From: an uncultured Ignavibacteriales bacterium
GTDB taxonomy: Bacteria; Zixibacteria; MSB-5A5; GN15; FEB-12
Assembly (NCBI GenBank): GCA_964397415.1
Contig: CAYNIJ010000001.1
Coordinates: 389,662 to 453,661 of the forward strand
Direction: 5' to 3'
DNA: 64,000 bases
Translations under genes and position numbers: made by a program
Part shown: piece after piece, positions 36,212 through 46,420 of the stretch
How positions within the stretch are numbered: position 1 is the first letter of the stretch
Layout of the letters: each line of letters starts with the position of its first letter
Notes under the pieces: model-generated
What the model was told of the DNA's origin: nothing
The model's database searches: none
Seen by the model: only the letters and a program-made list of their open reading frames with translations

Positions 36212-37598
36212 ACAGGGCGATATCCGGAAAACCGACTGCCTGGCCGAGATCCTCTACTGCCACGGCCGCGTGTTGTATGCCGGAACAGGGTTCCCTCAGC
36301 TCTTCGAACGAGTCGAACGATCAGGTGAACATCACTTCAACTCCACCTGGCTGTACATCCCCTCGCACTACCTTCAGGTCATCACCGACCAGAGCGATCC
36401 GCGCGCTGACCGACTCGGCATCGTCTGGGCGGAGCCACTTCTGTGCGATGACCGTCCGGTTTTTCCACTCCTCTACAGGGGGGAAGTCGTCGCCGTGATA
36501 TCCTCGGAGACGGCACAACTTCCTGAATTCGATGCCTCTGAGCTGAGCACGATACAATCCTGGTGCGCCGAACAATTAGCTGATTCGGCGGACCTCGTGA
36601 GAGAACGCTGCGGCACTTTCGTCCGCGAATTGTTTCGCGGGGGAGACTCACCACAACTCTTCATGAAGCGAGCCCTTTCTCTCTTGACCAACAACTGGTC
36701 GCGGAGTTGTGCCGGCCTCTACACTGAATGCCAGGGAACCTACTGGCTGAACCTCGCTATCGGCGATGTCAGCCGATGGTTCCGTCTGCAACGCCAGTTC
36801 TATCCCGAGGCCGCGATGCGGATGTTGGAGTCCGTCTATCGACAGGAGAATTTTATTCCGGCTGACACTCTGGGTGACTATCCTACATTTCTGGATGTCA
36901 TGCCGGATTTTCTGTTCGTCCATGAGGGAATGCTTTCTCCCCGCAACAAACAGTTCGTACTCATGTCGGGCCCCGGGGCGATCAGCCGCTCTCAAGCCAT
37001 CAAACTGAAAGAATACGCTCGATTGGTCAGCGGGCTGCAGGAGTTCCAATTCGCGTCAGGCGGCGAACTGGTGCAGAGCTTTGCTCAGCTTGCCCGTTCG
37101 GGAATTGGAGAGTTCACTCTTGAACAACTTCTCACCGAGACCTGGGGATGGCTCTCCCAGCAGATCTCTCTCTCCCGACTGGCTATCCTCTGTCGGGTCG
37201 ACCCACAGGCCGAACCATGCGGCCTGGTGATTCAGCGTAAGCAGGATGGCGAGACCGAGGTCGCGAGGATGGAGTTGACAATGCCGGCGTCCATTCGCGA
37301 ACAATTACTCAACGGCAAGCCGTATGTCGTCGAAGATGTCCGCAGCGGACTATTGTCGGACAGCATTGCCAAAGAGCGGTATATCCATCACATTCTTTCC
37401 GAGTACTACTCCCCGATCATAACTCCCAATGGCGTGGCTGGTATCGCGATCTTTAGCGCGCCAAGCGCAGGAGATTATCTCGCGGCCGAATCAGAACTGC
37501 TAGAATCGGTCGCCGCGTATATCAGTCTCTGGATGCAGATGGACAGAGCGCGGCTGCACTTTGAGGCGAAGTCACAAACGGTCAACGCTCATGCGTGA
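36183..37598 (+). CDS. Soluble protein of unknown function with a C-terminal GAF-like domain
   Basis: Overlaps the upstream gene by 29 nt (alternative ATG at 36195). The last ~150 aa (LLTETWGWLSQQISLSRLAILCRVD...VAGIAIFSA...ELLESVAAYISLWM) follow a GAF-like pattern. Confidence 0.6.
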   Translation: MRKRMFSTTEQGDIRKTDCLAEILYCHGRVLYAGTGFPQLFERVERSGEHHFNSTWLYIPSHYLQVITDQSDPRADRLGIVWAEPLLCDDRPVFPLLYRGEVVAVISSETAQLPEFDASELSTIQSWCAEQLADSADLVRERCGTFVRELFRGGDSPQLFMKRALSLLTNNWSRSCAGLYTECQGTYWLNLAIGDVSRWFRLQRQFYPEAAMRMLESVYRQENFIPADTLGDYPTFLDVMPDFLFVHEGMLSPRNKQFVLMSGPGAISRSQAIKLKEYARLVSGLQEFQFASGGELVQSFAQLARSGIGEFTLEQLLTETWGWLSQQISLSRLAILCRVDPQAEPCGLVIQRKQDGETEVARMELTMPASIREQLLNGKPYVVEDVRSGLLSDSIAKERYIHHILSEYYSPIITPNGVAGIAIFSAPSAGDYLAAESELLESVAAYISLWMQMDRARLHFEAKSQTVNAHA

Positions 37599-37980
37599 GA
37601 ACATCGACAGGGGAGGACTCTCCGGTCATTTGACTATTCTCGTGGTCGATGATGACCCGCGCGTGCTCGGCGCGGTCAGCGATATTCTCCAACTCGATGA
37701 TCACGAGGTTTCCACGGCAGATGACGGCTTTGAGGCATTTGAACGCATCAAGTCCCGTATATACGACTTGCTCATCACCGATCTTGGCATGCCCGGCATG
37801 TCCGGAATAGAACTAGCTGTCGAGGCACATAAGATCCAGCCGGGCCTTCCGGTTATAGTCGTCACTGGTTATGGAGCGAGGATAACCCAGGCCGAGCGAG
37901 ATGCAGCAGGAATAGTCGGTGTCATTGATAAGCCGTTCAGAATCAGCGAATTACAGCGATTACTTAGCGTGATGCGCTAA
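37591..37980 (+). CDS. Stand-alone response-regulator receiver (CheY-like)
   Basis: Start taken at MRENID (ATGCGTGA overlap with the upstream stop). ILVVDDDP, LLITDLGMPGMSG, VVTGY and IDKPF show all receiver catalytic residues are present. Confidence 0.85.
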   Translation: MRENIDRGGLSGHLTILVVDDDPRVLGAVSDILQLDDHEVSTADDGFEAFERIKSRIYDLLITDLGMPGMSGIELAVEAHKIQPGLPVIVVTGYGARITQAERDAAGIVGVIDKPFRISELQRLLSVMR

Positions 37981-38054
37981 GCGCTTCACTCTTCTATTCT
38001 CCCAAAATACAATTCAATTGCCTTTGCTCGCGAAGTCGATATATTAGAGACAAC

Positions 38055-38171
38055 TATTCTTCAGGGCGAGGTGAAATTCCTCGATCGGCGGTAAAGCCCG
38101 CGACCTGGGAGAAATCCCGGCTGAACCTGTGAGATTCAGGTGCCGACGGTACAGTCCGGATGGAAGAAGAT
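38055..38171 (+). promoter_or_regulatory. FMN riboswitch (RFN element) aptamer
   Basis: TTCTTCAGGGCGAGGTGAAATTCCTCGATCGGCGGTAAAGCCCGCGA...GTGCCGACGGTACAGTCCGGATGGAAGAAG matches the conserved RFN core. P1 is formed by TTCTTC/GAAGAA. Sits directly upstream of ribD. Confidence 0.95.
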
Positions 38172-38228
38172 GAGTCGATGAACGCAGCCCGGCCGGTATG
38201 CCGTGGTGGCTGCGGTCGTGTCGCTAAT

Positions 38229-38260
38229 CGCCCTGAAGCTACATTGCTTGGGGTTTTTTT
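38229..38260 (+). terminator. FMN riboswitch expression platform: terminator / anti-antiterminator segment
   Basis: CGCCCTGAAG (38229-38238) is the exact reverse complement of the 5' P1-side CTTCAGGGCG (38059-38068). It can alternatively pair CCTGAAGC/GCTTGGG, followed by T7 (38254-38260) that ends right at the ribD ATG. Confidence 0.75.
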
Positions 38261-39364
38261 ATGGCCGACTCGGCGGACAAAGGACTCATGCTGCGGGCGC
38301 TGGAGCTTGCGACCAAAGGACGAGGGATGACCTATCCCAATCCGTTGGTCGGCGCTCTATTGGTCAAGCGTGGACGAGTCATAGCCGAAGGGTACCATCG
38401 CAAAGTCGGGGGAGATCACGCCGAAATAGTCGCCCTGAAATCCGCTAAACGCTCCGCCAATGGCGCGACCCTCTACGTCACGCTGGAACCATGTTGCCAT
38501 ACCGGACGTACCGGACCCTGTACCGATGCCATCATCAAAGCAGGAATATCGACTGTCGTTGTCGCTGCTCTTGACCCCGATATTCGCGTGAACGGTCGCG
38601 GTGTCAAGCAACTGCGCAAAGCCGGAATCAAAGTGCGATTTGGCGTCTGCATGCGGGAAGCTCTCCAACTCAACGAAGCTTACCACCACCACCAACGCAC
38701 GGGCCTCCCATTTGTCATCCTCAAATTGGCGCAATCTCTCGATGGCCGTATTGCCACTAAGTCAGGCGATTCGAAATGGATATCCGGCAAGCAATCGCGG
38801 GAATATGTCCATCGCGTGCGCAGCGAAGTGGGGGCAGTGGTTGTTGGTGGTGAGACCGCCCGAAGAGATAACCCAGAACTGACCGTGCGATTGGTGAAGG
38901 GACTCAACCCACACCGCATCGTAGTGTCGCGTTCGCTGAACCTTCCATCTGACTTGAATCTCCTGACCCACAACAGCGATAAGAAAACTATTGTCGCGTC
39001 GACCGAACAAGCCATAGCCAGATTCATCGCCAAACCGGATCACCCGGATCTTATTTACTGGTCTGTCAAAGAGGACAGCAAATCTGGTCTGGATCTTGGC
39101 GACCTGATCGCCAAAGCAGGGCAGTTCGGATTCAGGTCGCTTTTGGTCGAAGGCGGCAGTCGATTGGCGACCTCTCTCCTGGATAAAGGGCTCGTCGATA
39201 AATTGATCTGTGTGATTGCTCCCAAGTTGATAGGTGATGGCCTCAACACCATCGGCCAACTCGGGGTTCAGGAGATCAAAGACGCGATCCGGTTCGATCG
39301 TGCAGGCTTCGTCGCCTGTGGCGAAGACCTGATTTTCGTAGGGTACCCGAAGAGGAAGCGCTAA
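38261..39364 (+). CDS. ribD: Bifunctional riboflavin biosynthesis deaminase/reductase RibD
   Basis: CMP/dCMP deaminase zinc motif HAEIVAL...TLEPCCHTGRTGPC and a C-terminal RibD reductase domain. Confidence 0.95.
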   Translation: MADSADKGLMLRALELATKGRGMTYPNPLVGALLVKRGRVIAEGYHRKVGGDHAEIVALKSAKRSANGATLYVTLEPCCHTGRTGPCTDAIIKAGISTVVVAALDPDIRVNGRGVKQLRKAGIKVRFGVCMREALQLNEAYHHHQRTGLPFVILKLAQSLDGRIATKSGDSKWISGKQSREYVHRVRSEVGAVVVGGETARRDNPELTVRLVKGLNPHRIVVSRSLNLPSDLNLLTHNSDKKTIVASTEQAIARFIAKPDHPDLIYWSVKEDSKSGLDLGDLIAKAGQFGFRSLLVEGGSRLATSLLDKGLVDKLICVIAPKLIGDGLNTIGQLGVQEIKDAIRFDRAGFVACGEDLIFVGYPKRKR

Positions 39365-39996
39365 TGTTCACCGGAATCATCGAAGATATCGGCACTCTTG
39401 AACGACTGGAAAGTCGCGGTAATTATCGAGTGTTGACGATTGGAGCCAAGTTCTGTGCTGAATTGACTGATGGCGAATCGGTCTGTTGCGATGGCGCTTG
39501 CTTGACAGTGGTAAAGTTCGACCAGAAGTCCTTCGTCGTTGAAGCGTCGCAAGAGACGGCGGCGCGGACGATCCTTGGCAGCTATCGAGTCGGCTCCAGA
39601 ATTAACCTGGAACGTTCGCTGAAAGTCAGCGGTCGACTTGGCGGGCACCTGGTCTCCGGCCATATCGACACGCGCGGGGCGGTCGAGTACCTGAAAACGG
39701 TCGGCGAATCACTTGAACTGATGATCGGTTACGACAAGCGCTTTGACGCTCTGGTGATTGAGAAGGGCTCAATCGCCATCAATGGCGTCTCCCTGACCGT
39801 GAATACCGTTCGTTCAGGCGCATGTTCAGTGAACATCATTCCATTTACGGTAAAGGAAACAAGCTTGGGGAGACTCCAGTCGGGCAGCCAGGTAAATCTG
39901 GAGTTTGATATGATCGGCAAATATGTCGCTCGAATGAGCGGCCTTACCCAAAAGTCGGGAGTGACACTCGACAAACTTCATGAAAGCGGATGGTAG
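39364..39996 (+). CDS. ribE: Riboflavin synthase (alpha chain)
   Basis: [11 protein letters not shown], duplicated lumazine-binding barrel ([13 protein letters not shown] / [12 protein letters not shown]). TAATG overlap with ribD. Confidence 0.95.
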   Translation: MFTGIIEDIGTLERLESRGNYRVLTIGAKFCAELTDGESVCCDGACLTVVKFDQKSFVVEASQETAARTILGSYRVGSRINLERSLKVSGRLGGHLVSGHIDTRGAVEYLKTVGESLELMIGYDKRFDALVIEKGSIAINGVSLTVNTVRSGACSVNIIPFTVKETSLGRLQSGSQVNLEFDMIGKYVARMSGLTQKSGVTLDKLHESGW

Positions 39997-39997
39997 T

Positions 39998-41209
39998 ATG
40001 AGCGGCGAGTTCAGATTTGACACGATCGAGGAAGCGATTGAGGATATCCGGGCCGGAAAATTCATCATTGTTGTCGATGATGAGGATCGTGAGAACGAAG
40101 GCGACCTGGTCATGGCGGCGGAACTGGTCACCCCCGAGGCGGTCAATTTCATGGCCAAACATGGTCGCGGACTTATCTGCGTCCTGATGCCAAATGAGCG
40201 CCTTGAGAAACTGAAGCTCCACCCGATGGTCGAGGTCAACACCGCCAAACTGGGGACACGCTTCACCGTCTCGGTTGACGCCATTCATGGCACGACCACC
40301 GGAATCTCGGCCAGTGATCGCGCCATCACCATCAAGGCGTTGGCGGACGAAAAGACCAAACCTGAAGATCTTGGGCGCCCGGGGCATGTCTTCCCGATCC
40401 AGGCGGTGCAGGGGGGAGTTCTCTCAAGAGCCGGACATACCGAAGCCTCCGTCGATCTGGCGCGTTTGGCCAAACTCAATCCCGTCGGCGTTCTCTGCGA
40501 GATCATGAATGACGATGGTACGATGGCCCGCGTCCCACAGCTATTCCCATTGGCGAAGCAGTTCGGACTGAAGATCATCACTATTCGTGACCTGATCGCG
40601 TATCGCCACAAAACCGAAAAGCTGGTCACTCACATGACCACGGTGACCTTCCCAACCGAGTTCGGGACTTTCGACCTCCATCTGTACAAATCCGAGATCG
40701 ACGACCACCATCATCTGGCCTTGGTCAAGGGGGATATCGCGGGGAAGACAAATGTTCTTGTGCGCGTGCACTCAAGTTGCCTGACTGGCGATGTCTTTCA
40801 TTCGCATCGCTGCGATTGCGGCGCGCAACTCCACAGGGCGATGCAGTTGGTCGATCAGGAAGGCGCCGGTGTTGTCCTCTACATGCGTCAGGAGGGGAGA
40901 GGGATCGGACTGGCGAACAAAATACTCGCGTACAAACTGCAGGATATGGGAAGGGATACGGTCGAAGCGAACGAGGAACTGGGGTTCAGTGCCGATCTGC
41001 GGGATTACGGGATCGGCGCGCAGATACTCTCCGACCTCGGCCTGACCTCGATCCGACTCCTGACCAACAATCCCAAAAAGGTCATCGGACTGCAGGGGTA
41101 CGGGCTTGAGATCACCGAGCGGATTCCGCTGCAGATCGATCCGACCAGTCACAGCGCGCGGTATCTCGAGACCAAGCGCGATAAACTCGGACACCTCTTG
41201 AATTTCTGA
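39998..41209 (+). CDS. ribBA: Bifunctional 3,4-dihydroxy-2-butanone-4-phosphate synthase / GTP cyclohydrolase II
   Basis: [15 protein letters not shown] and [13 protein letters not shown] (RibB half); [19 protein letters not shown] and [10 protein letters not shown] (RibA half). The tracked ORF offers an earlier ATG at 39980. Confidence 0.95.
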   Translation: MSGEFRFDTIEEAIEDIRAGKFIIVVDDEDRENEGDLVMAAELVTPEAVNFMAKHGRGLICVLMPNERLEKLKLHPMVEVNTAKLGTRFTVSVDAIHGTTTGISASDRAITIKALADEKTKPEDLGRPGHVFPIQAVQGGVLSRAGHTEASVDLARLAKLNPVGVLCEIMNDDGTMARVPQLFPLAKQFGLKIITIRDLIAYRHKTEKLVTHMTTVTFPTEFGTFDLHLYKSEIDDHHHLALVKGDIAGKTNVLVRVHSSCLTGDVFHSHRCDCGAQLHRAMQLVDQEGAGVVLYMRQEGRGIGLANKILAYKLQDMGRDTVEANEELGFSADLRDYGIGAQILSDLGLTSIRLLTNNPKKVIGLQGYGLEITERIPLQIDPTSHSARYLETKRDKLGHLLNF

Positions 41210-41226
41210 TAGAGTGGAGATAGACC

Positions 41227-41700
41227 ATGAACGTGAAAGAATTTGAAGGAAAACTCGATGCTGCCGGGATCCGGTTCGGCATCGTGGTCAGCCGCTTCAA
41301 CAGCTTTTTTACCGACCAGTTGTTGAATGGCGCGCTTGACTGTATCGTGCGTCACAATGGCTCGCAGGAGAAGGTGGCAGTAGCGTACGTTCCCGGCTCC
41401 TTCGAGGTCCCGTTTGCCGCGTCCCGTATGGCCAAGTCCGGAAAGTACGACGCAGTTATTTGCCTTGGCGCGGTTATTCGGGGCGATACGCCACATTTTG
41501 ATTATATTGCCGCGGAATCATCCAAGGGGATTGCCAAGCTTGGCATGGAAATGGACATCCCGGTGGTGTACGGCGTTATTACGACCGACACTATCGAGCA
41601 GGCCATCGAACGCGCGGGGACAAAAGCTGGAAACAAAGGCTGGGATGCCGCGCAAACCGCGATTGAGATGGTGAATCTTTATAAAGCGATGGATAAATGA
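41227..41700 (+). CDS. ribH: 6,7-dimethyl-8-ribityllumazine synthase
   Basis: [40 protein letters not shown]. Confidence 0.95.
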   Translation: MNVKEFEGKLDAAGIRFGIVVSRFNSFFTDQLLNGALDCIVRHNGSQEKVAVAYVPGSFEVPFAASRMAKSGKYDAVICLGAVIRGDTPHFDYIAAESSKGIAKLGMEMDIPVVYGVITTDTIEQAIERAGTKAGNKGWDAAQTAIEMVNLYKAMDK

Positions 41701-42143
41701 CCACAGACGAACGAGAATTAAGCGATTCACCCCGGCGCCGCGCCCGTGAGTTGGTATTGCACGGACTGTATGCATGCGAGGTGACCGAGAACGACCCTCG
41801 CGACGTCCTCGCGCAGATAGTCAAGGACGAATCCCTTTCGGGCAAAAACCAGGACTACGCCAAAGCGCTGTTTACGAAAGTACGCGATTTGCGCGAATGG
41901 AGCGATCAGCAGATCAGCTTGCTTGCCGTAAACTGGAAGATCGAACGATTCGCCGAGATTGACCGCATCATCTTGCGTATGGCCATGACCGAGTTCCGGG
42001 AAATGCCTGACATTCCGGTGCGAGTCGTCATAAACGAGGCGATCGAACTGGCCAAGAAGTACTCGACTGCGGAATCAGCCAGCTTCATCAATGGCATTCT
42101 GGACAGCTACGTCAAGAAGACCGAGCCCCAGCCTGGTGCCTGA
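41697..42143 (+). CDS. nusB: Transcription antitermination factor NusB
   Basis: [13 protein letters not shown]...[12 protein letters not shown]...FINGILD. ATGA overlap with ribH; classical ribH-nusB pairing. Confidence 0.9.
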   Translation: MTTDERELSDSPRRRARELVLHGLYACEVTENDPRDVLAQIVKDESLSGKNQDYAKALFTKVRDLREWSDQQISLLAVNWKIERFAEIDRIILRMAMTEFREMPDIPVRVVINEAIELAKKYSTAESASFINGILDSYVKKTEPQPGA

Positions 42144-42161
42144 TAGTGCTAATAATAAAGA

Positions 42162-42197
42162 AGCGCCCGGGAAGCTATTTCCGGGCGCTTTCTTTTT
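42162..42197 (+). terminator. Rho-independent terminator
   Basis: GCGCCCGG-N10-CCGGGCGC followed by TTTCTTTTT, 19 nt after the nusB stop. Confidence 0.85.
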
Positions 42198-42302
42198 GCT
42201 TCTCGCTCATCGAATCAGGGTATAACCACAAATCAGAACGAGCTTTACAAGCGGAAATCTGGCCGTATATTATCGGCTTTGAGCAGGGATCCATCGTATT
42301 AC

Positions 42303-45300
42303 ATGAGAGACTGGATAAAAGGTATCGATAGAACCAATGCCATGGTGGCATTGGGGGTTTGGCTAGTGGGCATTGTGGTTTATCTGCAAACCATGGCGCC
42401 TACCGTCACCTTCTGGGATTGCGGTGAGTTTATCGCGGTCTCCTATATTCTTGGAATTCCCCATCCGCCGGGGACCCCGTTGTACGTTCTTGTCGGGAAG
42501 TTCTTCACCTTCAATCCATTCATCAGTGAGCCTTCCGCGAGGATCAATTTCCTTTCGGTCTTCAGCTCCTCATTCACTACGCTGTTCACGTATCTCTGCG
42601 GCGTTCGTCTACTGCGTTACTGGATCGCTGACCGCCAGGATCTCTACGCCAAGATCACCATGTATGCCGGGGCGGCCGCCGGCGCGCTTTTCTTTGCCTG
42701 GAGCAAAACGCACTGGAACAACTCGACCGAGGCCGAGGTCTATGGCTTGTCGATGCTGATGTTCATGGCCGCGGTCTGGCTTGCCTTCAAGTATTACGAA
42801 ACTTCGGATCAAACCGCCGCAGACCGCATCATGCTGGCGATTGTCTATATCGCGTTTCTCGGTATCGGCGTTCATATGACGACGTTCCTTGTCCTGCCGA
42901 TCCTGGCGCTGTTTTTCATCCTCAAGAAGGGAACTCCGCTCAGATTCTGGTTCATTGCCGCGACGCTCCTGATACTCGAACTGTTTCTCATCTTTGCGTT
43001 ATCCTCGCGACCGAACGAAGTCTCTATATATCTTCCTCTCTTTGTGGTCTTCATCGTTTACCTGATGTACCTGATGTCCGTGCCGTCGATGCCGAGACTC
43101 CTTCTTTACATCGCCGGAGCCTGGCTGGTTGCATCGGTACCGATCCTCGGATCGATCTCCACTCTTATCCGATCAGGCGGTGGAAGCGCAACTACTCCCG
43201 CCTCGACGATTCTGAACGTAATCGGTGGAGCTGGATTCGCGGGGCTCTTCATCCTCGGATTGATTGCCTTATTCACCTACCTGAAACAGCGCAATTCGAG
43301 TCAGGAAGTACCCGAGCCGGAACTGATAACCGCCGCGGTCTTTGTGCTGGTGGCCTCGGTCATGGCCGCACTCCTATTGGCAGGCGTGCGCGGGTACAAT
43401 ACATTTCTCATGCTCTCGGTCTTTTTGATGGGCGGGACCGGACTCCTGCTTTGGAAACATATTCGCTGGCCGGTGCTTATCGCGATCGCCGGTGTTTCTC
43501 TGGTCATGATCGGCATCTATCCATTCATCTGGGGGACGATCATCGCCGCCGTGGTAGTCCTCGTCATGGGACTGCTTTTCAATGTTGTCGGCTGGCGTGC
43601 GGCACTGCTCGTGCTTGCCATGGCTGTAGCTGGCTTCTCAGTTCAGCATTTTATCTGGGTTCGTTCAGCTCAAAAGCCGTATATCAACGAGAACAACCCT
43701 TCCCAGAGTTGGGCGCAGATGCGCGGGTTCCTTGAGCGCAAGCAGTACGGCAACCAGTCGATGACCGAGCGTATGTTCGTGCGCCGCGGTTCGTGGGAGA
43801 ATCAGTTTGGCACCTGGCGGCGTATGGGGTACTGGGGATTCTTTCAGGATCAGTACGGCATATCAGGGAGAGCGTTTTTCTCAGTCTTCATTCTAGGCAT
43901 TCTCGGTTTGTGGGAGGCTATTCGAAGGCGCTCGGAACTGGGCCTCGCGCTGGTCCTCCTGATCATCGTATCATCCGTAGGTTTGGTCTTATACATGAAC
44001 TTTGCCGACGGCACCCGACAGGATCCGGTGACCGGTGAGGATTATCTCGAAGTTCGCGATCGCGATTACTTCTTTACGCCCGCCTATGTCCTCTTCGGAC
44101 TGGCGATCGGTTTGGGCATAACGGCGTTGATCCAGTTCATCCGTGATGGTCTATCGCACTTCAGCGGAATGCCGCGTAAAGTCATCCTGGGGGCACTCCT
44201 GGTACTATTTCTCCTGCCGACCTTCGCGCTGGCAGGGAACTACTTCGAGTGTGACCGAAGTAAGAATTGGATAGCGTACGATTACGCCAGATCTCTGCTG
44301 TCATCGGCTGACCAGAATGCGGCATTCTTCACCTATGGCGATAACGACACCTTCCCGCTCTGGTGCCTGCAAGAAGCATATGGCTTCCGCCAAGATGTAA
44401 GGATAGTCAACCTGTCGCTGGCCAATACGAAGTGGTACATCAAACAGGTTCAGGAGTATATGAACCTGGATCTGGGGAAGACCGAGAAGCAGATCGACGA
44501 CATGCGGCCATTCCGGACTCAGGAAGGTCTGACTTTCTATCTGAACAACCAGGTTGTCGATGGCGTGATCACGCACAATCGCCATCGTGTCCCGATCAAC
44601 TTCTCGATCACCGTCGCGAACGATGCCCGCAAATACCTTGGTCGGCCGGTTGACCCCGCACTGACCCTGACCGGCCTCAGTTGGCGGTTGCGCGACAGTG
44701 CCGATGGCCAACAGGTCGCTGTCGATGAAGCGCTGGCGTTCTTCTCGGATCGCTCCCGTTTTCAGATGCGCGGCATATTCGACACGACTATTTTCAAAGA
44801 CGATAATCAACTCAGACTCCCGCGTAATTTCTCGAATGCCATGCTGATGGTCGCGGATTCGCTGCGCAAAGCGCGACGCCACGCAGAAGCCATCAAGTTG
44901 CTGGAATATGGCTACGAATCACTTCCGCTCGACAACGAATTAGTAAATTACCTCGCCGGAATGTATACCGATGTTGGCCGCGAGGATGGCTTGCGGAGGT
45001 TGATTGAAAAGCGCGGGGCGGGAGACCCCAAGTGGCTGTCCGTTCTCCTCGGTCGTCAGTTGCGAGTCGCGAAGAAGTATCAGCAGGCCGAGGCCACTCT
45101 CAACCAGGTCTTTCTGTCCGATCCAAAATATCGCGCCGCCTACGAAGAGCTGCTCATGCTCTATAACGAGCAGGAGAATTACAGCTCCCTGAGAACCACG
45201 TTTGAGATCTGGCTGAAAGCCAATCCCGATGATGTCGAGACGGCCAACATGATCCGCCAGCTCGATCAGTTCATCAGCACGAACAAAAAGGCCGACACCG

Positions 45301-45308
45301 CCAAATGA
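42303..45308 (+). CDS. DUF2723-family polytopic membrane protein (GT-C-like glycosyltransferase) with C-terminal TPR-like repeats
   Basis: Signature TFWDCGEFIAVSYILGIPHPPGTPLY, more than 10 hydrophobic helices, soluble C-terminal ~350 aa with TPR-like helices. ATG at 42303 preferred over the tracked TTG at 42279. Confidence 0.8.
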   Translation: MRDWIKGIDRTNAMVALGVWLVGIVVYLQTMAPTVTFWDCGEFIAVSYILGIPHPPGTPLYVLVGKFFTFNPFISEPSARINFLSVFSSSFTTLFTYLCGVRLLRYWIADRQDLYAKITMYAGAAAGALFFAWSKTHWNNSTEAEVYGLSMLMFMAAVWLAFKYYETSDQTAADRIMLAIVYIAFLGIGVHMTTFLVLPILALFFILKKGTPLRFWFIAATLLILELFLIFALSSRPNEVSIYLPLFVVFIVYLMYLMSVPSMPRLLLYIAGAWLVASVPILGSISTLIRSGGGSATTPASTILNVIGGAGFAGLFILGLIALFTYLKQRNSSQEVPEPELITAAVFVLVASVMAALLLAGVRGYNTFLMLSVFLMGGTGLLLWKHIRWPVLIAIAGVSLVMIGIYPFIWGTIIAAVVVLVMGLLFNVVGWRAALLVLAMAVAGFSVQHFIWVRSAQKPYINENNPSQSWAQMRGFLERKQYGNQSMTERMFVRRGSWENQFGTWRRMGYWGFFQDQYGISGRAFFSVFILGILGLWEAIRRRSELGLALVLLIIVSSVGLVLYMNFADGTRQDPVTGEDYLEVRDRDYFFTPAYVLFGLAIGLGITALIQFIRDGLSHFSGMPRKVILGALLVLFLLPTFALAGNYFECDRSKNWIAYDYARSLLSSADQNAAFFTYGDNDTFPLWCLQEAYGFRQDVRIVNLSLANTKWYIKQVQEYMNLDLGKTEKQIDDMRPFRTQEGLTFYLNNQVVDGVITHNRHRVPINFSITVANDARKYLGRPVDPALTLTGLSWRLRDSADGQQVAVDEALAFFSDRSRFQMRGIFDTTIFKDDNQLRLPRNFSNAMLMVADSLRKARRHAEAIKLLEYGYESLPLDNELVNYLAGMYTDVGREDGLRRLIEKRGAGDPKWLSVLLGRQLRVAKKYQQAEATLNQVFLSDPKYRAAYEELLMLYNEQENYSSLRTTFEIWLKANPDDVETANMIRQLDQFISTNKKADTAK

Positions 45309-46420
45309 ATCTCCTCGCGCTCAACTGGAACGACCTGAAGAACCCTTTCGCCGGTGGGGCAGAGGTGCACCTCGAAGAACTGCTTCGACGGCTCGTCACC
45401 TACGGCCATCAGGTGACCCTGTTCTGTTCAGGTTGGGATGACTGCGTTCCGGAAGAGACAATCGAAGGCGTGCGTATCATTCGTCGGGGGAATCGCTACA
45501 ACTTCAATCTCATCGCGCCGATGCATCTCCGCAGACTGGTGAAAGAGAATAGATTCGACCTTCTGATAGAGGATATCAACAAGATACCGTTCTACACTCC
45601 TCTCTATCTGGATATCAAAACGCTGGTCGTGATCCCACATCTGTTTGCGACGACCGTTTTTCAGGAGATTAATGCCGTCCTTGGCACCTATATCTATCTC
45701 GCCGAGAAGCCGCTGATCTCCGTTTACAAAGGACGGCACTACAATGTCATCTCAGAATCCACCGCGGCGGAGATAGAGGCGCGCGGAGTGCCGCACAAAG
45801 ATATCTCGGTCATTCACTGCGGGATCGACAGGAACCTCTACTCTTATCGCACCGATATCCAGAAATATGACCGCCCGACCGTCCTTTATCTGGGACGGCT
45901 TAAGAAATATAAATCGATCCAACACCTCATAGTGGCGTTCAGTCAGGTGAAAAAACAATTGCCGGATGCGCGATTGATGATTGTTGGAACCGGGGACTAC
46001 CTCCCTGAACTCCAGAAACTCACGATTGTCTTGGGACTGAAAGATTCTGTCGAGTTCCCCGGCTTTGTCAGCTCCGAGGATAAAGTTGACCGGATGCGAC
46101 GGGCGCATGTATCAGTTCTTCCCAGCCTGAAAGAAGGATGGGGGCTGACCAATATCGAGGCAAACTCCGTCGGAACAGCGGTCGTCGCGGCCAACACCCC
46201 GGGTTTAAGGGATTCCGTCCGTCACAACGAAACCGGGCTGCTCTACGAATATGGTGACACCAACCAGTTGGCCTCCCATCTACTCTCGATTTTGACCGAC
46301 CAACCGCTGCGCGAGCGACTTCAGCAGGGGGCGCTGGCCTGGGCCGCGAAGTTCAGTTGGGATGACGCCGCCAAGAAGTTCGATACCTTGATAACCGATT
46401 ACGTCGCGGGGCGTCGATGA
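45305..46420 (+). CDS. Glycosyltransferase family 4 (GT-B fold)
   Basis: N-terminal GGAEVH; C-terminal EX7E region PSLKEGWGLTNIEANSVGTAVVA. ATGA overlap with the upstream gene. Confidence 0.85.
   Translation: MNLLALNWNDLKNPFAGGAEVHLEELLRRLVTYGHQVTLFCSGWDDCVPEETIEGVRIIRRGNRYNFNLIAPMHLRRLVKENRFDLLIEDINKIPFYTPLYLDIKTLVVIPHLFATTVFQEINAVLGTYIYLAEKPLISVYKGRHYNVISESTAAEIEARGVPHKDISVIHCGIDRNLYSYRTDIQKYDRPTVLYLGRLKKYKSIQHLIVAFSQVKKQLPDARLMIVGTGDYLPELQKLTIVLGLKDSVEFPGFVSSEDKVDRMRRAHVSVLPSLKEGWGLTNIEANSVGTAVVAANTPGLRDSVRHNETGLLYEYGDTNQLASHLLSILTDQPLRERLQQGALAWAAKFSWDDAAKKFDTLITDYVAGRR

Noticed and set aside
42146-42331. 61-aa plus-strand ORF between nusB and the DUF2723 gene
   Set aside because: It spans the nusB terminator hairpin, has no RBS, and overlaps the more plausible start region of the DUF2723 gene.
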